DNA of 64,000 nt from Candidatus Aenigmatarchaeota archaeon (GCA_044343155.1 JAVZSS010000001.1:6023-70022), one strand, 5' to 3'; positions 20,701 through 30,067 are shown, counted from the stretch's first letter. Notes: generated from the sequence alone by a model not told the origin. Numbers and translations: made by a program.

Positions 20701-21607
20701 CGGTTTGGAAACTAAAACAAAAATATTAATGAATTTGGGTGTACCAACAGAAATAGAGAAATATAAAGACTTACCTTTTGAAGGAATTGGATTGATGAGA
20801 ATTGAATTTATAATTGCAGAATGGATTAAAGAGCATCCCAATTATTTAATTGAAAGGGGGGAAGAGCAAAAGTATGTTGATAAATTAGCTGAAGGAATAG
20901 CTATGGTTGCTAAATCTATTTATCCTAGATTTGTTGTTGTTAGGTTTAGTGATTTCAAAACCAATGAATACAGAAAACTAAATGGTGGGGAGAAATTTGA
21001 ACCAATAGAAGCTAATCCTATGATTGGATGGAGAGGTGTTTCAAGATATATAAGCAAAGATTTTGAAAAAGCCTTTAGATTGGAATGTAAAGCTATTAAA
21101 AAAGTTAGAGAAGAATATAAACTTGATAACGTTTGGGTGATGCTTCCTTTTGTTAGAACAGTTTGGGAAGTTAAAAAAGTTCTTAAAATAATGGAAGAGG
21201 AAGGTTTGAAAAGAAGTGAAAATTTCAAAATTTGGATTATGGCTGAAGTTCCTAGTGTTGTATTTTTGGCCGATAAATTTGCAAAATATTGTGATGGGTT
21301 TTCTATTGGAAGTAATGATTTAACTCAATTAATTTTGGGTGTAGATAGAGATTCCGCAATTTTAACAAACATGGGTTATTTTGATGAAAGAAATGATGCC
21401 GTTTTAAAAGCAATTAGAGATTTGATAAAAAAAGCGCATAGAGCAAAAGTTACAGTTTCTATATGTGGGCAAGCTCCTAGTTTTTATCCTGAGTTTACTG
21501 AATTTTTAGTTAAATGTGGTATAGATTCTATTTCTGTTAATCCTGATGCTGTTCTAAAAACTAAGAAAATTGTTTATGATGTTGAAAGAAGATTGTATTC
21601 CCAATAA
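17753..21607 (+). CDS. ppsA: Phosphoenolpyruvate synthase (pyruvate, water dikinase) interrupted by an in-frame intein
   Basis: 1284 aa; N-terminal VGGKAANLGEM..VPNAFVVT; SSATAEDIP|intein|SASFAG; swivel-His GGLTSHASIVSRELGIPCIVG; C-terminal ICGQAPS; mature length about 770 aa. Confidence 0.9.
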   Translation: MKFVKWIKELSKNDLNLVGGKAANLGEMINAGLPVPNAFVVTAEAYKHFITKNKLMGKIKKILRKTNFNDPKNLEESTRKIRELIENSPMPKEIEDEIKEAYRMLSEEFGENEISVAIRSSATAEDIPSVAEDEFILLRIDGMLKLIKMKDLFKFTNSFIEVLGMKEDGSLDWFKVDGIYKHYVDTFLYKIITKSKRELVISPNHSLIVLNGNLEPEVISAIDEVKKDKIKVPVLRRIPNDKFIKYIDLREIFKEGYEIHDGKLKLLNNSSNWKVQNGLNPILQLTENLMYFLGVFLADGTIDMHSRRTIIITSEEKEVKEKIKEFCREVELNAKEGRKNSINIHSRVLTEFLIKTTFAEEPRKGGKGIITRLKKVPDFVFNAEPKLIGAFLRGCFDGDGSVTRNEVTFSNKSIYLINGIAKLLELLGIEYCIQRKKDCIDISILYKSLENFMTMIGFEIEEKKEKLKRIVEKYKASKKHLDYFEVFEVRSDILRKLLEKKLPKCLVEFAYCPICNKKLEKTSNYKNKTRYVCKNCRRTFYEEEVIKYKEYVYKYWNEKGQFTTNQVPWNKGRISKRVGRRRLEAILENLGIREEVKMLNSDIKWEDVVKIEPIKYKGFVYDLFVPNVQNFAAGLGGIITHNSASFAGLQLTLLNIKNIENVLNGVKKCWASLFTPRATFYREQKGFKHEKVYIAVIVQKQLGVLNRKEYEEGKYKAGVGFTIHPSTGEKDKIVIESSYGQGESVVSGAVNPDTIIIDKNTGNILEFHVGRKEKMRVTSELGELEEIETPQNLKEKLSLNEDEIKQLWELALKLEKHYNFPQDFEWVSENGKVYLVQSRPVTVFYEKKESKTITEKSPLIKGLGASPGVAIGKVKIALTVEEASTKIERGDILVTKMTSPDWTPFMKIASAIITTEGGLTSHASIVSRELGIPCIVGASEALNKLKDGMLITVDGRNGLVYEGEIKELIEREKAEEISIEDVAGLETKTKILMNLGVPTEIEKYKDLPFEGIGLMRIEFIIAEWIKEHPNYLIERGEEQKYVDKLAEGIAMVAKSIYPRFVVVRFSDFKTNEYRKLNGGEKFEPIEANPMIGWRGVSRYISKDFEKAFRLECKAIKKVREEYKLDNVWVMLPFVRTVWEVKKVLKIMEEEGLKRSENFKIWIMAEVPSVVFLADKFAKYCDGFSIGSNDLTQLILGVDRDSAILTNMGYFDERNDAVLKAIRDLIKKAHRAKVTVSICGQAPSFYPEFTEFLVKCGIDSISVNPDAVLKTKKIVYDVERRLYSQ
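18137..19678 (+). other. Intein (514 aa) with LAGLIDADG homing endonuclease and embedded CxxC..CxxC zinc ribbon
   Basis: Begins SVAEDEFILL (Ser1, block A) right after AEDIP; ends GGIITHN followed by +1 Ser; two LAGLIDADG motifs FLGVFLADGTI and FLRGCFDGDGSV; CPICNKK..CKNCRR between them. Confidence 0.8.
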
Positions 21608-21835
21608 CTTTTTGAATATAGTTTTTAATTCATTTCCTATTTTTTTTCATAAAGAGTTACCTCTAAGCAAAATAACTTGAATCTGCAATCTAGAAGTCGC
21701 CCAATCAACATAAATATTTCAAAACAACAAATAAAATAAATTTATATAGAAAGTAAAGAAAAAATAATTGAAAGGCAACGCATAAAGTGTTTATAATCCA
21801 TAACATATGAGAATTTATGTTGAACTAAAAAAGAT

Positions 21836-23284
21836 TTGTATATGTTCAATTTAATTTCAATATTTCAAGAGATAATGAGAGAAGTGGAGCTTGAAAATAA
21901 AGCAATAAAGAAGCTAGATAAAATAGAGGTTCCCAATAACTATAAAGAACTAATCTTGAAAGAGTTTATAAATGAAGCCGAAAAAATAAAGAGAAAATAT
22001 CAAGATATATATGAGGAACTAATTAAATTATATAAGTTGTATTTTTCGAATCTAGTATTATTTGATGAATATCTAAGTTATGATAAATTAATGTTTTTTC
22101 CTAAGGAAATTGAAGTTATTGGTAAGCTGTTAAAAGGTCATTGGTATATAAATTTGTTAATATACGATATAGGATTGAAAGAAAAACCGTACGCTGAAAA
22201 AAAACTAAAAAATAGAATAAATTATATACCTACTTTTATATCATTTTTTTCTGATATAATCGAAAAAATAAACAACTTAGATGAAGCATTAAAAATAAGA
22301 GATGAGAGAGGGAAAATTTTGTATCATAGCCTATTAGGTAGTGATGTCCTCTTTAAAAACTTGAAATCAAAGGTAAAAGATAAGCTCTATGAAAGAAAAT
22401 ATTATCCACTTATAGAAGATAGACTCTTGAAAAATCGTCCATTTAGAGTTATGCTAATCGATAATGTATTGGAAGAACTTTGGCACATCTCTAAAGTAAG
22501 TATGTTAGATTTAGGAGTTTATTACAAACTGTTAAAAGCATTCAATAAGAAAAGTGTAAAAGAACTTTTTAATCATTTGGAGAAAAAAGCTCGTAATATA
22601 AAAAAATTAGTATATCCCATACCAAAGTTTTACCAACATTATGATAGTTGTGGTGTTGTTTGTTTGTTAAACGCAGCAAAAGTTTATTATCCAAAGCTAA
22701 AACTGAATAAAAAATTAGAAAAAGATCTTCTTATTAAAGTTCAATACAAAGGATATCCTGGAAATCTTGCACCTCTTTTGGTAAGTGTTGCAAAAGATAT
22801 GCTAAATTTAGAGGCCAAAATGTTTTTTGACTTAGATACATACGTTAAAAAATTTGAAATTATGAAAGATTATGCTAAAGAAATTGGATTTAGCGAAGAA
22901 AAAATATTAGATGTGGCCAAATTTTTTATCGAAAAAGCGAAAAGTATTGGGTTTATAGAAAAGAAGGAATGGAATTATAAAGAAATAGAAAGTTTATTGA
23001 ATAATGGCTCATTAATTTTATTTGCTAGAGATCTGAAGAATATACTTCATTATAATTTAATATTTGGTTATGATGAAAGAAAGTTTTACATATTTGACCC
23101 TATATATGGTGATTTTTCCATTTCTAAAGATGAAATAGGTAATATTATGAAAAATAGATTTGGGATGTGGGGTGTCATAATATATCCACCTTATATTGAA
23201 ACTATAAGCAAAATGGAAAAAAATATAGAAGAATGTAGAAAGAGGTTGAATTACTATGGAATTGAATTATCCTCAAATATTTAA
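21836..23284 (+). CDS. Hypothetical protein with C-terminal C39-like cysteine peptidase domain
   Basis: 482 aa; QHYDSCGVVCLLNAA (Q-x4-C-G Cys motif) and HYNLIFGYDERKFYIFDPIYGD (His motif) in C-terminal 200 aa. Confidence 0.5.
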   Translation: MYMFNLISIFQEIMREVELENKAIKKLDKIEVPNNYKELILKEFINEAEKIKRKYQDIYEELIKLYKLYFSNLVLFDEYLSYDKLMFFPKEIEVIGKLLKGHWYINLLIYDIGLKEKPYAEKKLKNRINYIPTFISFFSDIIEKINNLDEALKIRDERGKILYHSLLGSDVLFKNLKSKVKDKLYERKYYPLIEDRLLKNRPFRVMLIDNVLEELWHISKVSMLDLGVYYKLLKAFNKKSVKELFNHLEKKARNIKKLVYPIPKFYQHYDSCGVVCLLNAAKVYYPKLKLNKKLEKDLLIKVQYKGYPGNLAPLLVSVAKDMLNLEAKMFFDLDTYVKKFEIMKDYAKEIGFSEEKILDVAKFFIEKAKSIGFIEKKEWNYKEIESLLNNGSLILFARDLKNILHYNLIFGYDERKFYIFDPIYGDFSISKDEIGNIMKNRFGMWGVIIYPPYIETISKMEKNIEECRKRLNYYGIELSSNI

Positions 23285-23400
23285 CAAATTAAGTTGTACT
23301 TACAACTAAATGTTTTATTTTCATTCTCTAAGATTTATCATTGACTTTTTTCATTATAAACTTTTTGAAATTCTAGAAGTTATTTTCATCAATTAAAATT

Positions 23401-23416
23401 CGCCCCCGCCGGGATT
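23401..23416. repeat. attL: 16-bp exact copy of the 3' end of tRNA-Asp (cgcccccgccgggatt)
   Basis: Identical 16-mer at 33468..33483 inside the tRNA-Asp gene; flanking bases give a degenerate T-arm remnant (gggattgggtcc vs gggattcgaaccc). Confidence 0.65.
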
Positions 23417-23476
23417 GGGTCCGTAAGTTAAAAACCTTTTTCTTTCATTTAAATTAACATAAGTTTAATTTCAAAT

Positions 23477-23611
23477 ATGAAATGTAGTATTTGTAGAGCG
23501 CCCGCTGAATTTTTTTACAAAAAAAAGAAAATAAAATACTTTTGCAGAAAACACGCAGCCGAATTCTTACTTTCTCACCCAGATGTTTCATTCTTGCCCA
23601 GAATTAAGTAA
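23477..23611 (+). CDS. Small zinc-ribbon protein (44 aa), MKCxxC...C(R)xHA family
   Basis: Not in ORF track (below size cut-off); translates MKCSICRAPAEFFYKKKKIKYFCRKHAAEFLLSHPDVSFLPRIK; same Cys/His pattern as the 73-aa ORF at 55524..55745. Confidence 0.4.
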   Translation: MKCSICRAPAEFFYKKKKIKYFCRKHAAEFLLSHPDVSFLPRIK

Positions 23612-23878
23612 TATAAGTCTTGTGAGCATATTCATCATTAAATAAGAGGAAGTCATTTCAAACTTTAGTACTAAATTGCTAGGTTCTTGTTTATTTTTTA
23701 AATTCAAGAGCATATTCGTTACACGAATATATTATAGAATTTTCTTCATTTAGATTAAAATAAAAATTCATACCGAAATTGAAAGTATTACAATTTGTAC
23801 AGATTAGTTTTCCTTCATCCACCTTTTGTAAGATCTAAATTCTCTTCCTTTATGATTTGTTTTTTGGGTTTTCCAACA

Positions 23879-25831
23879 TTATCTATTCTTTTCTATTTCA
23901 TTTCCATACTCTTTTATCAACTCTTCTACTGCTTTTTTTACACAACTAATACATGCCGGTTTCCATGTTTGCTTAAAGAAATCAAAAAGACGTAATCTAG
24001 TAAGTATTTTATGTTCAACGCATATTTCCTCTTTTTCTCCTACCCCTATCTTTGCTTTAAAAGTTCTTTCATTAACACCCTTTTTCTTTACTTCCTCCAG
24101 TATTTGATTGTAGAACTTTAAGTAGGGATCGGTCAAGTGATACATCAAATTACTATTTGATAATGTCGGATTATCTTGGATTCCAATATTTTTTTGCTCC
24201 TTACCTGAGATTAAGCTATTTTTTTGGTTTTCAATATATTGGAAGACAAAACCATCTTTATATTCATATAAAAATCTATAAAGGAACGGATCCGTATAAG
24301 AGTAGATATCCTCAGGCACTTGTGAAACAATCTTCTCATATGTTTCTAAATCGTCTTCCAGCATTTGTTTTAAAACAAAACAAAACTTTTCTCTAGTTAA
24401 CTCGCTATTTAATGTTGGATTCCAAGTTTCTCCGCTATTTTTTTCTTCTAAAAGCTTATATAAGTTATTTTTTCCAACCTTTATTTTACTTAGAAACCCT
24501 TTTTTAACCAATGAGTTGAATGTTTTAAACGTCAAATCATATTTATACTTCCACTCGCTTCTTTCAACACAATCATTTAAGAAAAACCAAGGACCACCAT
24601 TTACATTTCCTTTTTCGTCTCGACAACCTGGCTTTAATTTTTTTATCATTTCTAGCATATCTTCTTCTCTTTTATTTAATCCACCTCGACTCAATGCTAA
24701 AATTTTACTTGCAATCCTACAAGCTATATAAAAATCGGAAGGTAATGAAACCAAAATTCCTTTCTCTTCGTTTCTAGGCCTTTGGTATTGATAAAAATGA
24801 GCTATCAGTTTTATAAGTGTTATAAAATTCTCTTCTTTTCTCCTATCATCAATAGAGTTAGATGGAAAATTTAGAAAGTCAAGGTAAGGTATAAGAATGT
24901 AGGGATATGCTTTAAGTTTGTTTATCGCATGTTTAATGACTTTTAGTTTTCGTTCATAAAGATTTTGCTGTGTAATAGAAAGCTTGGCTTTCCATTTTCT
25001 CCATAAAGAGATTCGTTTGGTCTGTTCCATACTCTCATCAGGATTTATTGTCCATTCTCTTGCGGCTCTGTGAAGGGACGGATTTTCTGTTGAGGTTGTT
25101 ATATAAACAAGAGGACCTCTAAGTCGTATTTCTATTGGTTCCCAATTTTTTCCTTTAGGAACATTTATACCAATTACTATTTCCTCTTCGCCATAAAGTT
25201 GCTCGAATTGAATACCTTGAATACCACTTCGATCCTCTAAGTGAATTATTATGGAACCTTGTGTTTGTATTTTATTTTGAAGAACTTTCCTATAAAAATA
25301 GGCAGAAGTAGTAGAAGCAAAAACATACACATTATCAAAGAGTTTTGGAATGATTTTTATTTCTGCATTTTTTCCTGCAGACGGAATACCTCTCACGCCA
25401 ATCAACTGAGTTGAATACTTTCTTGCCTCACTCAAGATAACTAAACAAATCCTATTAGCTTCATCACCAGTGATTTCATACTCAAGGGCCTTGTTTATTT
25501 CAGCCAAAAAAGCTGGATTATATAAAAGTTCAGTCGCCTCTTTCTCAATCATAGTATCTGTTTCTATACTTTTTTCATCAGGCTTATGCGAAAACTGCTG
25601 AGTCTTTTGATGTAATTCTATTTCTATTTCTTTCAATGTACTCTTTAAGGTAGTTAATGGAATTTTTGTTTTGGTTGCAATTAACTTTAATACTTCATGT
25701 TTTTGTAAAGTTGTGAGAGGCAACTTAAGTAACTCTTTTAAAAAAAATTCAATAGTTTGGGCTGGTGATTCTTTCTTTAAGTTTGTTTTGATTATTTCTT
25801 TCAAGTTTTCAAAAGAAATTGTTTCTTCCAT
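23879..25831 (-). CDS. Large element-encoded protein, putative replication/NTPase protein
   Basis: 650 aa; degenerate P-loop GVRGIPSAGKN followed by hydrophobic strand plus IIIHLED; largest ORF on the element, next to Zn-finger proteins. Confidence 0.45.
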   Translation of the reverse strand: MEETISFENLKEIIKTNLKKESPAQTIEFFLKELLKLPLTTLQKHEVLKLIATKTKIPLTTLKSTLKEIEIELHQKTQQFSHKPDEKSIETDTMIEKEATELLYNPAFLAEINKALEYEITGDEANRICLVILSEARKYSTQLIGVRGIPSAGKNAEIKIIPKLFDNVYVFASTTSAYFYRKVLQNKIQTQGSIIIHLEDRSGIQGIQFEQLYGEEEIVIGINVPKGKNWEPIEIRLRGPLVYITTSTENPSLHRAAREWTINPDESMEQTKRISLWRKWKAKLSITQQNLYERKLKVIKHAINKLKAYPYILIPYLDFLNFPSNSIDDRRKEENFITLIKLIAHFYQYQRPRNEEKGILVSLPSDFYIACRIASKILALSRGGLNKREEDMLEMIKKLKPGCRDEKGNVNGGPWFFLNDCVERSEWKYKYDLTFKTFNSLVKKGFLSKIKVGKNNLYKLLEEKNSGETWNPTLNSELTREKFCFVLKQMLEDDLETYEKIVSQVPEDIYSYTDPFLYRFLYEYKDGFVFQYIENQKNSLISGKEQKNIGIQDNPTLSNSNLMYHLTDPYLKFYNQILEEVKKKGVNERTFKAKIGVGEKEEICVEHKILTRLRLFDFFKQTWKPACISCVKKAVEELIKEYGNEIEKNR

Positions 25832-26334
25832 TCTTTCACCGCAAACTTTGATAAAGTTTTAAGAAAATTTGAATAACGTAAAGGAGCATAATTACGGCGT
25901 TTTACATATTGATATTGATAATTCAGACGCTTTCCTGATTTCTTATATTCCTCTTCTGAGTAACCACAGATTTTAAACCATTTCAAAATAACTTCAATAC
26001 TCTCTTTTTCTCCCAGTTTTTTTACATTTGCTAGATAGGGCATTAAGATTAGATCAACTATTCTTTTTCGTCCGTCTCTAAAAGGGGTTTCTAAAATTTT
26101 TTCAATCCATTTATAATTTCTTTGGGAAAACAGTGTTTGTCTGCATGAGCTACATACAGGCAGATTATAGGATTCAATAACATATAAGATATTTCCGTCA
26201 CTATCTACAATCACATCAACAGGAGTGGGTAGGAAAGAAATACCTTTTTTCGAGTTGCAAAATGAACAACTTTTCAAAAACTCTAAAAATTTCAACTTAT
26301 TGTCTTCCATTATAATCAACCATATTACTATCAA
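25801..26334 (-). CDS. Zinc-finger protein (CxxC-x30-CxxC), element-encoded
   Basis: 177 aa; CSFCNSKKG...CSSCRQTL; basic C-terminus. Confidence 0.4.
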   Translation of the reverse strand: MIVIWLIIMEDNKLKFLEFLKSCSFCNSKKGISFLPTPVDVIVDSDGNILYVIESYNLPVCSSCRQTLFSQRNYKWIEKILETPFRDGRKRIVDLILMPYLANVKKLGEKESIEVILKWFKICGYSEEEYKKSGKRLNYQYQYVKRRNYAPLRYSNFLKTLSKFAVKEWKKQFLLKT

Positions 26335-26437
26335 ATAGGTAAGATCTTTTTTTACGCTCTTGCCATACCTTTTTAAAAGTAAGAAACCATTTAGGCAATT
26401 TCGTATTTGTTTCTTGGCTATTTTCCACCGATATCAC

Positions 26438-26692
26438 CTATTTTTTAGTGCTACGGTTTCTAACATTTCTTGAAAGGTAAAGGGTGCTGGGAAATTTCAA
26501 GAAACTTTCTCTGTAGTTTTCTTCTTTTTGATAATTAGGTGGAAAAACAATAAGGACATCATCGTAAAGGATGTTTAATTTTTGTTTCTTTTTTATGTCC
26601 CAAAATTTTGCCCAAGCTTGCGGTAATGTAATAGCTAGACTTTTCTTTTGGCTTCCAAGTTCTAGTACGCTTCTTCTTTCTATTCCAGGCAT
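26438..26692 (-). CDS. AbrB/SpoVT-like (swapped-hairpin) DNA-binding protein
   Basis: 84 aa; LAITLPQAWAKFWDIKKKQKLNILYDDVLIVFP matches the AbrB-domain pattern. Confidence 0.45.
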   Translation of the reverse strand: MPGIERRSVLELGSQKKSLAITLPQAWAKFWDIKKKQKLNILYDDVLIVFPPNYQKEENYRESFLKFPSTLYLSRNVRNRSTKK

Positions 26693-26740
26693 TTATAAAC
26701 ATATTTAAAATTTATTTATACCACCAATGGTGGCATCATA

Positions 26741-27079
26741 ATGATTGAGGAAATCTTAAAAAAGAAAGGACGTCCTTTAAGTGAAAAGGAAATTATAGAA
26801 ATTGCCAAAAGAGATGGTTATCTAAAAGATGAAAAAAATATCAAGAAACATATTAGGAAAGCTGTTGAAAGAGGTGAAATTTACAGGTTTGCAACGCATT
26901 TAGAAGGGAGTTTAAAAACTCATAATTTATACTATTTACCTGAATGGAAAAGCCAACTAATTTTTAATCCTAGTGATAAAACATTTGAGTTTAGGATTAA
27001 TAATAAAACCATTGGAACAGGGTGGGTAGATGTTGTGAGATTTGAAGTTTCAAAAAAAAAGAATGAGCTTGTTTTTTAA
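26741..27079 (+). CDS. Hypothetical small protein (possible winged-helix)
   Basis: 112 aa ORF on element, opposite strand to neighbours. Confidence 0.35.
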   Translation: MIEEILKKKGRPLSEKEIIEIAKRDGYLKDEKNIKKHIRKAVERGEIYRFATHLEGSLKTHNLYYLPEWKSQLIFNPSDKTFEFRINNKTIGTGWVDVVRFEVSKKKNELVF

Positions 27080-27102
27080 AGCTATTCTATCCAAAGATAT
27101 GT

Positions 27103-27552
27103 ATGCGGCTTTCAGTTGCAGAAGAAATTGTGCAAAAGCTAAATTCGGGAAAATATGGGTTGCTTACACTTAGTAAAGAATACGGAATTTCACCAAAACA
27201 AATCCTTAGTCTTTCAAAGCGGATAGATAAGGAGAGAAAGAAGAGAGAAATAAAAGAAAAACTTATAATTGAGGGAAAAAAGAAGATTGTGTTAGGCAAA
27301 CTTAACTACTATATTACTACTATCAAAAAAACTTTAGAAGAATATGATGATTGTGATGAGTTCATGAAATATTGTTTAGTTTGCCTTAATGTGCTAGAAG
27401 AATTAGCAGTTCAAGTGAAAAAATGTTCTGATAGAGAAGAATTAAACGTGATTAAAAACTTATGTGAACAATGCTTCCGAGGAATTAAGATTAAATATGG
27501 AGAAGTTTGGGAAATTTCTAGTCCTGAATATTTTGAGTCAATTTTTGACTAA
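27103..27552 (+). CDS. Hypothetical protein
   Basis: 149 aa ORF; Cys pairs CLVCLN...CEQC could form a metal site. Confidence 0.35.
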   Translation: MRLSVAEEIVQKLNSGKYGLLTLSKEYGISPKQILSLSKRIDKERKKREIKEKLIIEGKKKIVLGKLNYYITTIKKTLEEYDDCDEFMKYCLVCLNVLEELAVQVKKCSDREELNVIKNLCEQCFRGIKIKYGEVWEISSPEYFESIFD

Positions 27553-28474
27553 CTTCCAATCGCTGTGCATTTTTTTCTATAAATTTTTCAAATTCTTCTA
27601 GTGGCTTCAGTACTTTTTCCTCATAAACAGTTTTAAGTTTAATGTAAGATAGAAACATTAATAGATTATCGTTAAAACATTCCTGTAAGATTTGTTCTAG
27701 TGAAATTCGTTTTTTCAGCGTATTTATAAAAGTTAAAATTTCCTGTAAAAATGCCCATAATTCATTCGGGTCTAACAAGAACTTAACTTTTTTCTCTTCA
27801 ATTAATTTTTCCAGTTTTTTTATTTCTTCATGTAAACTCATTAACTTACCTCTATATTGTTCTTCTAACAAATCTTTTTCCTTTCTTATCTTTTCTCTAA
27901 TCTCTTTAATTATTGCTTCTCTTTCTCTAACTACTATATCTCGTTGCTCAATTAGTTTATTCACTTCTTTATCTAACTTTTCTTTTTTTTCTGTAAGCTG
28001 ATTACAGATGTAACTTAATTCCTTTATTTTTCTTTCCATCTCTTTTTGTTTATTTATCATAATTTTGTTCAAATCCCTAAGTTTTTTCCCACTCTCCCGA
28101 AGTTTTCTTATTGCAATTTTGATGTCTTCTTTACCTCCAACTCTTTCCAACTCTTTTTGAAGAACCAAAATTTCCTTTAATTTGTTAAAAGAGATTTTGG
28201 TTTTTTGAATTTTCCAAATACCTTCGACTAGATCTATTAAAGAAATTCCACGCTGCTTACATAATTCTAAAACTTCTTGAAAAGTTGCTGTTTCCCAGTC
28301 CTTTGTTACTTCTCTCTTCTTTTTTGCTTCAGTATAGTACTTTGAGCAAGTGTCATCAGAAAGGTTTAGCCTTTTTCCTATTTCTCGAAAGGATAATCTC
28401 TCCTCATCACGCAGCCTAACAATTTCTTCAATTGTTTTCCGGCTTATAATTTTAGGCATTTTATTCCCAAACAA
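27518..28474 (-). CDS. HTH-containing coiled-coil protein
   Basis: 318 aa; N-terminal EERLSFREIGKRLNLSDDTCSKYY helix-turn-helix, rest E/K-rich coiled coil. Confidence 0.45.
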   Translation of the reverse strand: MFGNKMPKIISRKTIEEIVRLRDEERLSFREIGKRLNLSDDTCSKYYTEAKKKREVTKDWETATFQEVLELCKQRGISLIDLVEGIWKIQKTKISFNKLKEILVLQKELERVGGKEDIKIAIRKLRESGKKLRDLNKIMINKQKEMERKIKELSYICNQLTEKKEKLDKEVNKLIEQRDIVVREREAIIKEIREKIRKEKDLLEEQYRGKLMSLHEEIKKLEKLIEEKKVKFLLDPNELWAFLQEILTFINTLKKRISLEQILQECFNDNLLMFLSYIKLKTVYEEKVLKPLEEFEKFIEKNAQRLEVSQKLTQNIQD

Positions 28475-28756
28475 AGATAGTTAAACTACAATAAAAACCT
28501 TTAAAAGTTTTAAAAAACTACTAACTTTTAACGGGTGTAGAAAGAATGTAAAATTAATAACTTCTATATAAAGGTAAAAGAATAAAATCTTACAAAATCC
28601 ATCTTAAATTGGCTTTATTTCGTCTTGTTTTCTTTGTTTTAGAAGGTTTATATTTTTTGACAGAAAAAAGAAAAGATACTGAATCTTAAAAATACTGCCA
28701 AGTTCTTTTTCATTTTTAACCTTTCATTTCCTTTTTCAAAGGATAGAAACACAATT

Positions 28757-30067
28757 TTAAATTTTTTTCTTCTTAACAAGAATAAGTAAAACTATAAACA
28801 CCATTATTATAAAGATTATTGCTATTCCTAGTGGTGAGGTTACCAATATAACTAAACCTGTTAATCCAGCAGGTGTGGGTTGTATAATTGCTGTACAGAC
28901 ATTTGCTATGCATTTAGTTCCTGATGGACAAACACAATCTTCTGGACAACTTGAGCAAGTTTCTCCAGCCTCACAATATCCGTTACCACATATTGGAGAT
29001 GGAGGTATTTTTTCCTCTATTACTCTTTCAATAGGTCTTTCAATAAATCTAGTTTCAGTTATATTTGTAACATTAGTTATAGTTGTCACATAGGTCGGAT
29101 AACTAACGTAAGTTACCCTAGGAGGATAGTAGAAAGATGTAAATACGCCATAAACACTTAAACTTGTTACATTCATAGAAACATAATTATCAGTTACCTT
29201 TGAGAACATTTGTACCCAGCTTGCAGTTCCATTTGTTATATATAATCTGTAAAAAGTCAGTTTGCTTATATCCCAACCTTTTGCGATTAAAACATCCCTA
29301 TCAAAGTAGTACCTTACTTCTATACTACCGTTAAAAGAGGTTTGATTTATAAGATCAAAATAAATTACTGGAAATGGACTGTTAGTAGGAACTCCTTTAA
29401 AGAATATTGAGCTATAAATTAAAGCTTTAATAGTTATGTTTTGTTGTGGATATGAAATAAATTCAATCTTTTCGAAAGGAGGATTAATTATCAAACTTCC
29501 ATATCCATTTATTACATTAACTGTCGGTTCTAATATAGGAACTCCTATATCTGTCATGAGCTCAATAGTAAAATCAAAAGTCGCTGGTGTAAGTGCTACG
29601 TTTGGAATTAAAGTTATTGTAACATAGTTAAAACTAGATGGCATTACTATGTAAAAGAACTCCGGATTATAGCAATAAAGAGTAAAATTATTTGGAATAG
29701 ATGATTTGAAAGTTTCTCCTATTTGCTCAAAGGTAACAGGCGGTAATACACATGTAAGTGAAATTTCTTGTGTTATAGGACCATTTAAAGCTTGTGTTAA
29801 TAAGTTTCCATAACCAATAAAATCGTTTTCACTAAAAAGATAGCCTTCTGAAGATACATTAACTCTTACTACTAAAGGTGCCCATTCATTGCCTATATAT
29901 TTAAAGCTTACCCTTGATGTGATGGGAGCACCAGCAACTACATTCGTAAAATTCTGGACTACTTGACATAACCTGAAAGGATAAGAAGACTCATCACAAA
30001 GAAGTTGAGCTTTAACTAAGGGAATTACTACCAAGCTTAACAATATAAATATGATTAGCTTTTTCAT
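28757..30067 (-). CDS. Secreted Cys-rich surface protein with C-terminal membrane anchor
   Basis: 436 aa; N-terminal signal peptide; many N-x-S/T sequons; CGNGYCEAGETCSSCPEDCVCPSGTKCIANVC module; C-terminal PTPAG + TM helix + KKKKI. Confidence 0.5.
   Translation of the reverse strand: MKKLIIFILLSLVVIPLVKAQLLCDESSYPFRLCQVVQNFTNVVAGAPITSRVSFKYIGNEWAPLVVRVNVSSEGYLFSENDFIGYGNLLTQALNGPITQEISLTCVLPPVTFEQIGETFKSSIPNNFTLYCYNPEFFYIVMPSSFNYVTITLIPNVALTPATFDFTIELMTDIGVPILEPTVNVINGYGSLIINPPFEKIEFISYPQQNITIKALIYSSIFFKGVPTNSPFPVIYFDLINQTSFNGSIEVRYYFDRDVLIAKGWDISKLTFYRLYITNGTASWVQMFSKVTDNYVSMNVTSLSVYGVFTSFYYPPRVTYVSYPTYVTTITNVTNITETRFIERPIERVIEEKIPPSPICGNGYCEAGETCSSCPEDCVCPSGTKCIANVCTAIIQPTPAGLTGLVILVTSPLGIAIIFIIMVFIVLLILVKKKKI

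Noticed and set aside
17753-21607. PpsA as an over-long, possibly fused or pseudogenised ORF
   Set aside because: The extra length is fully explained by an in-frame intein with intact splice-junction residues and both extein halves conserved.
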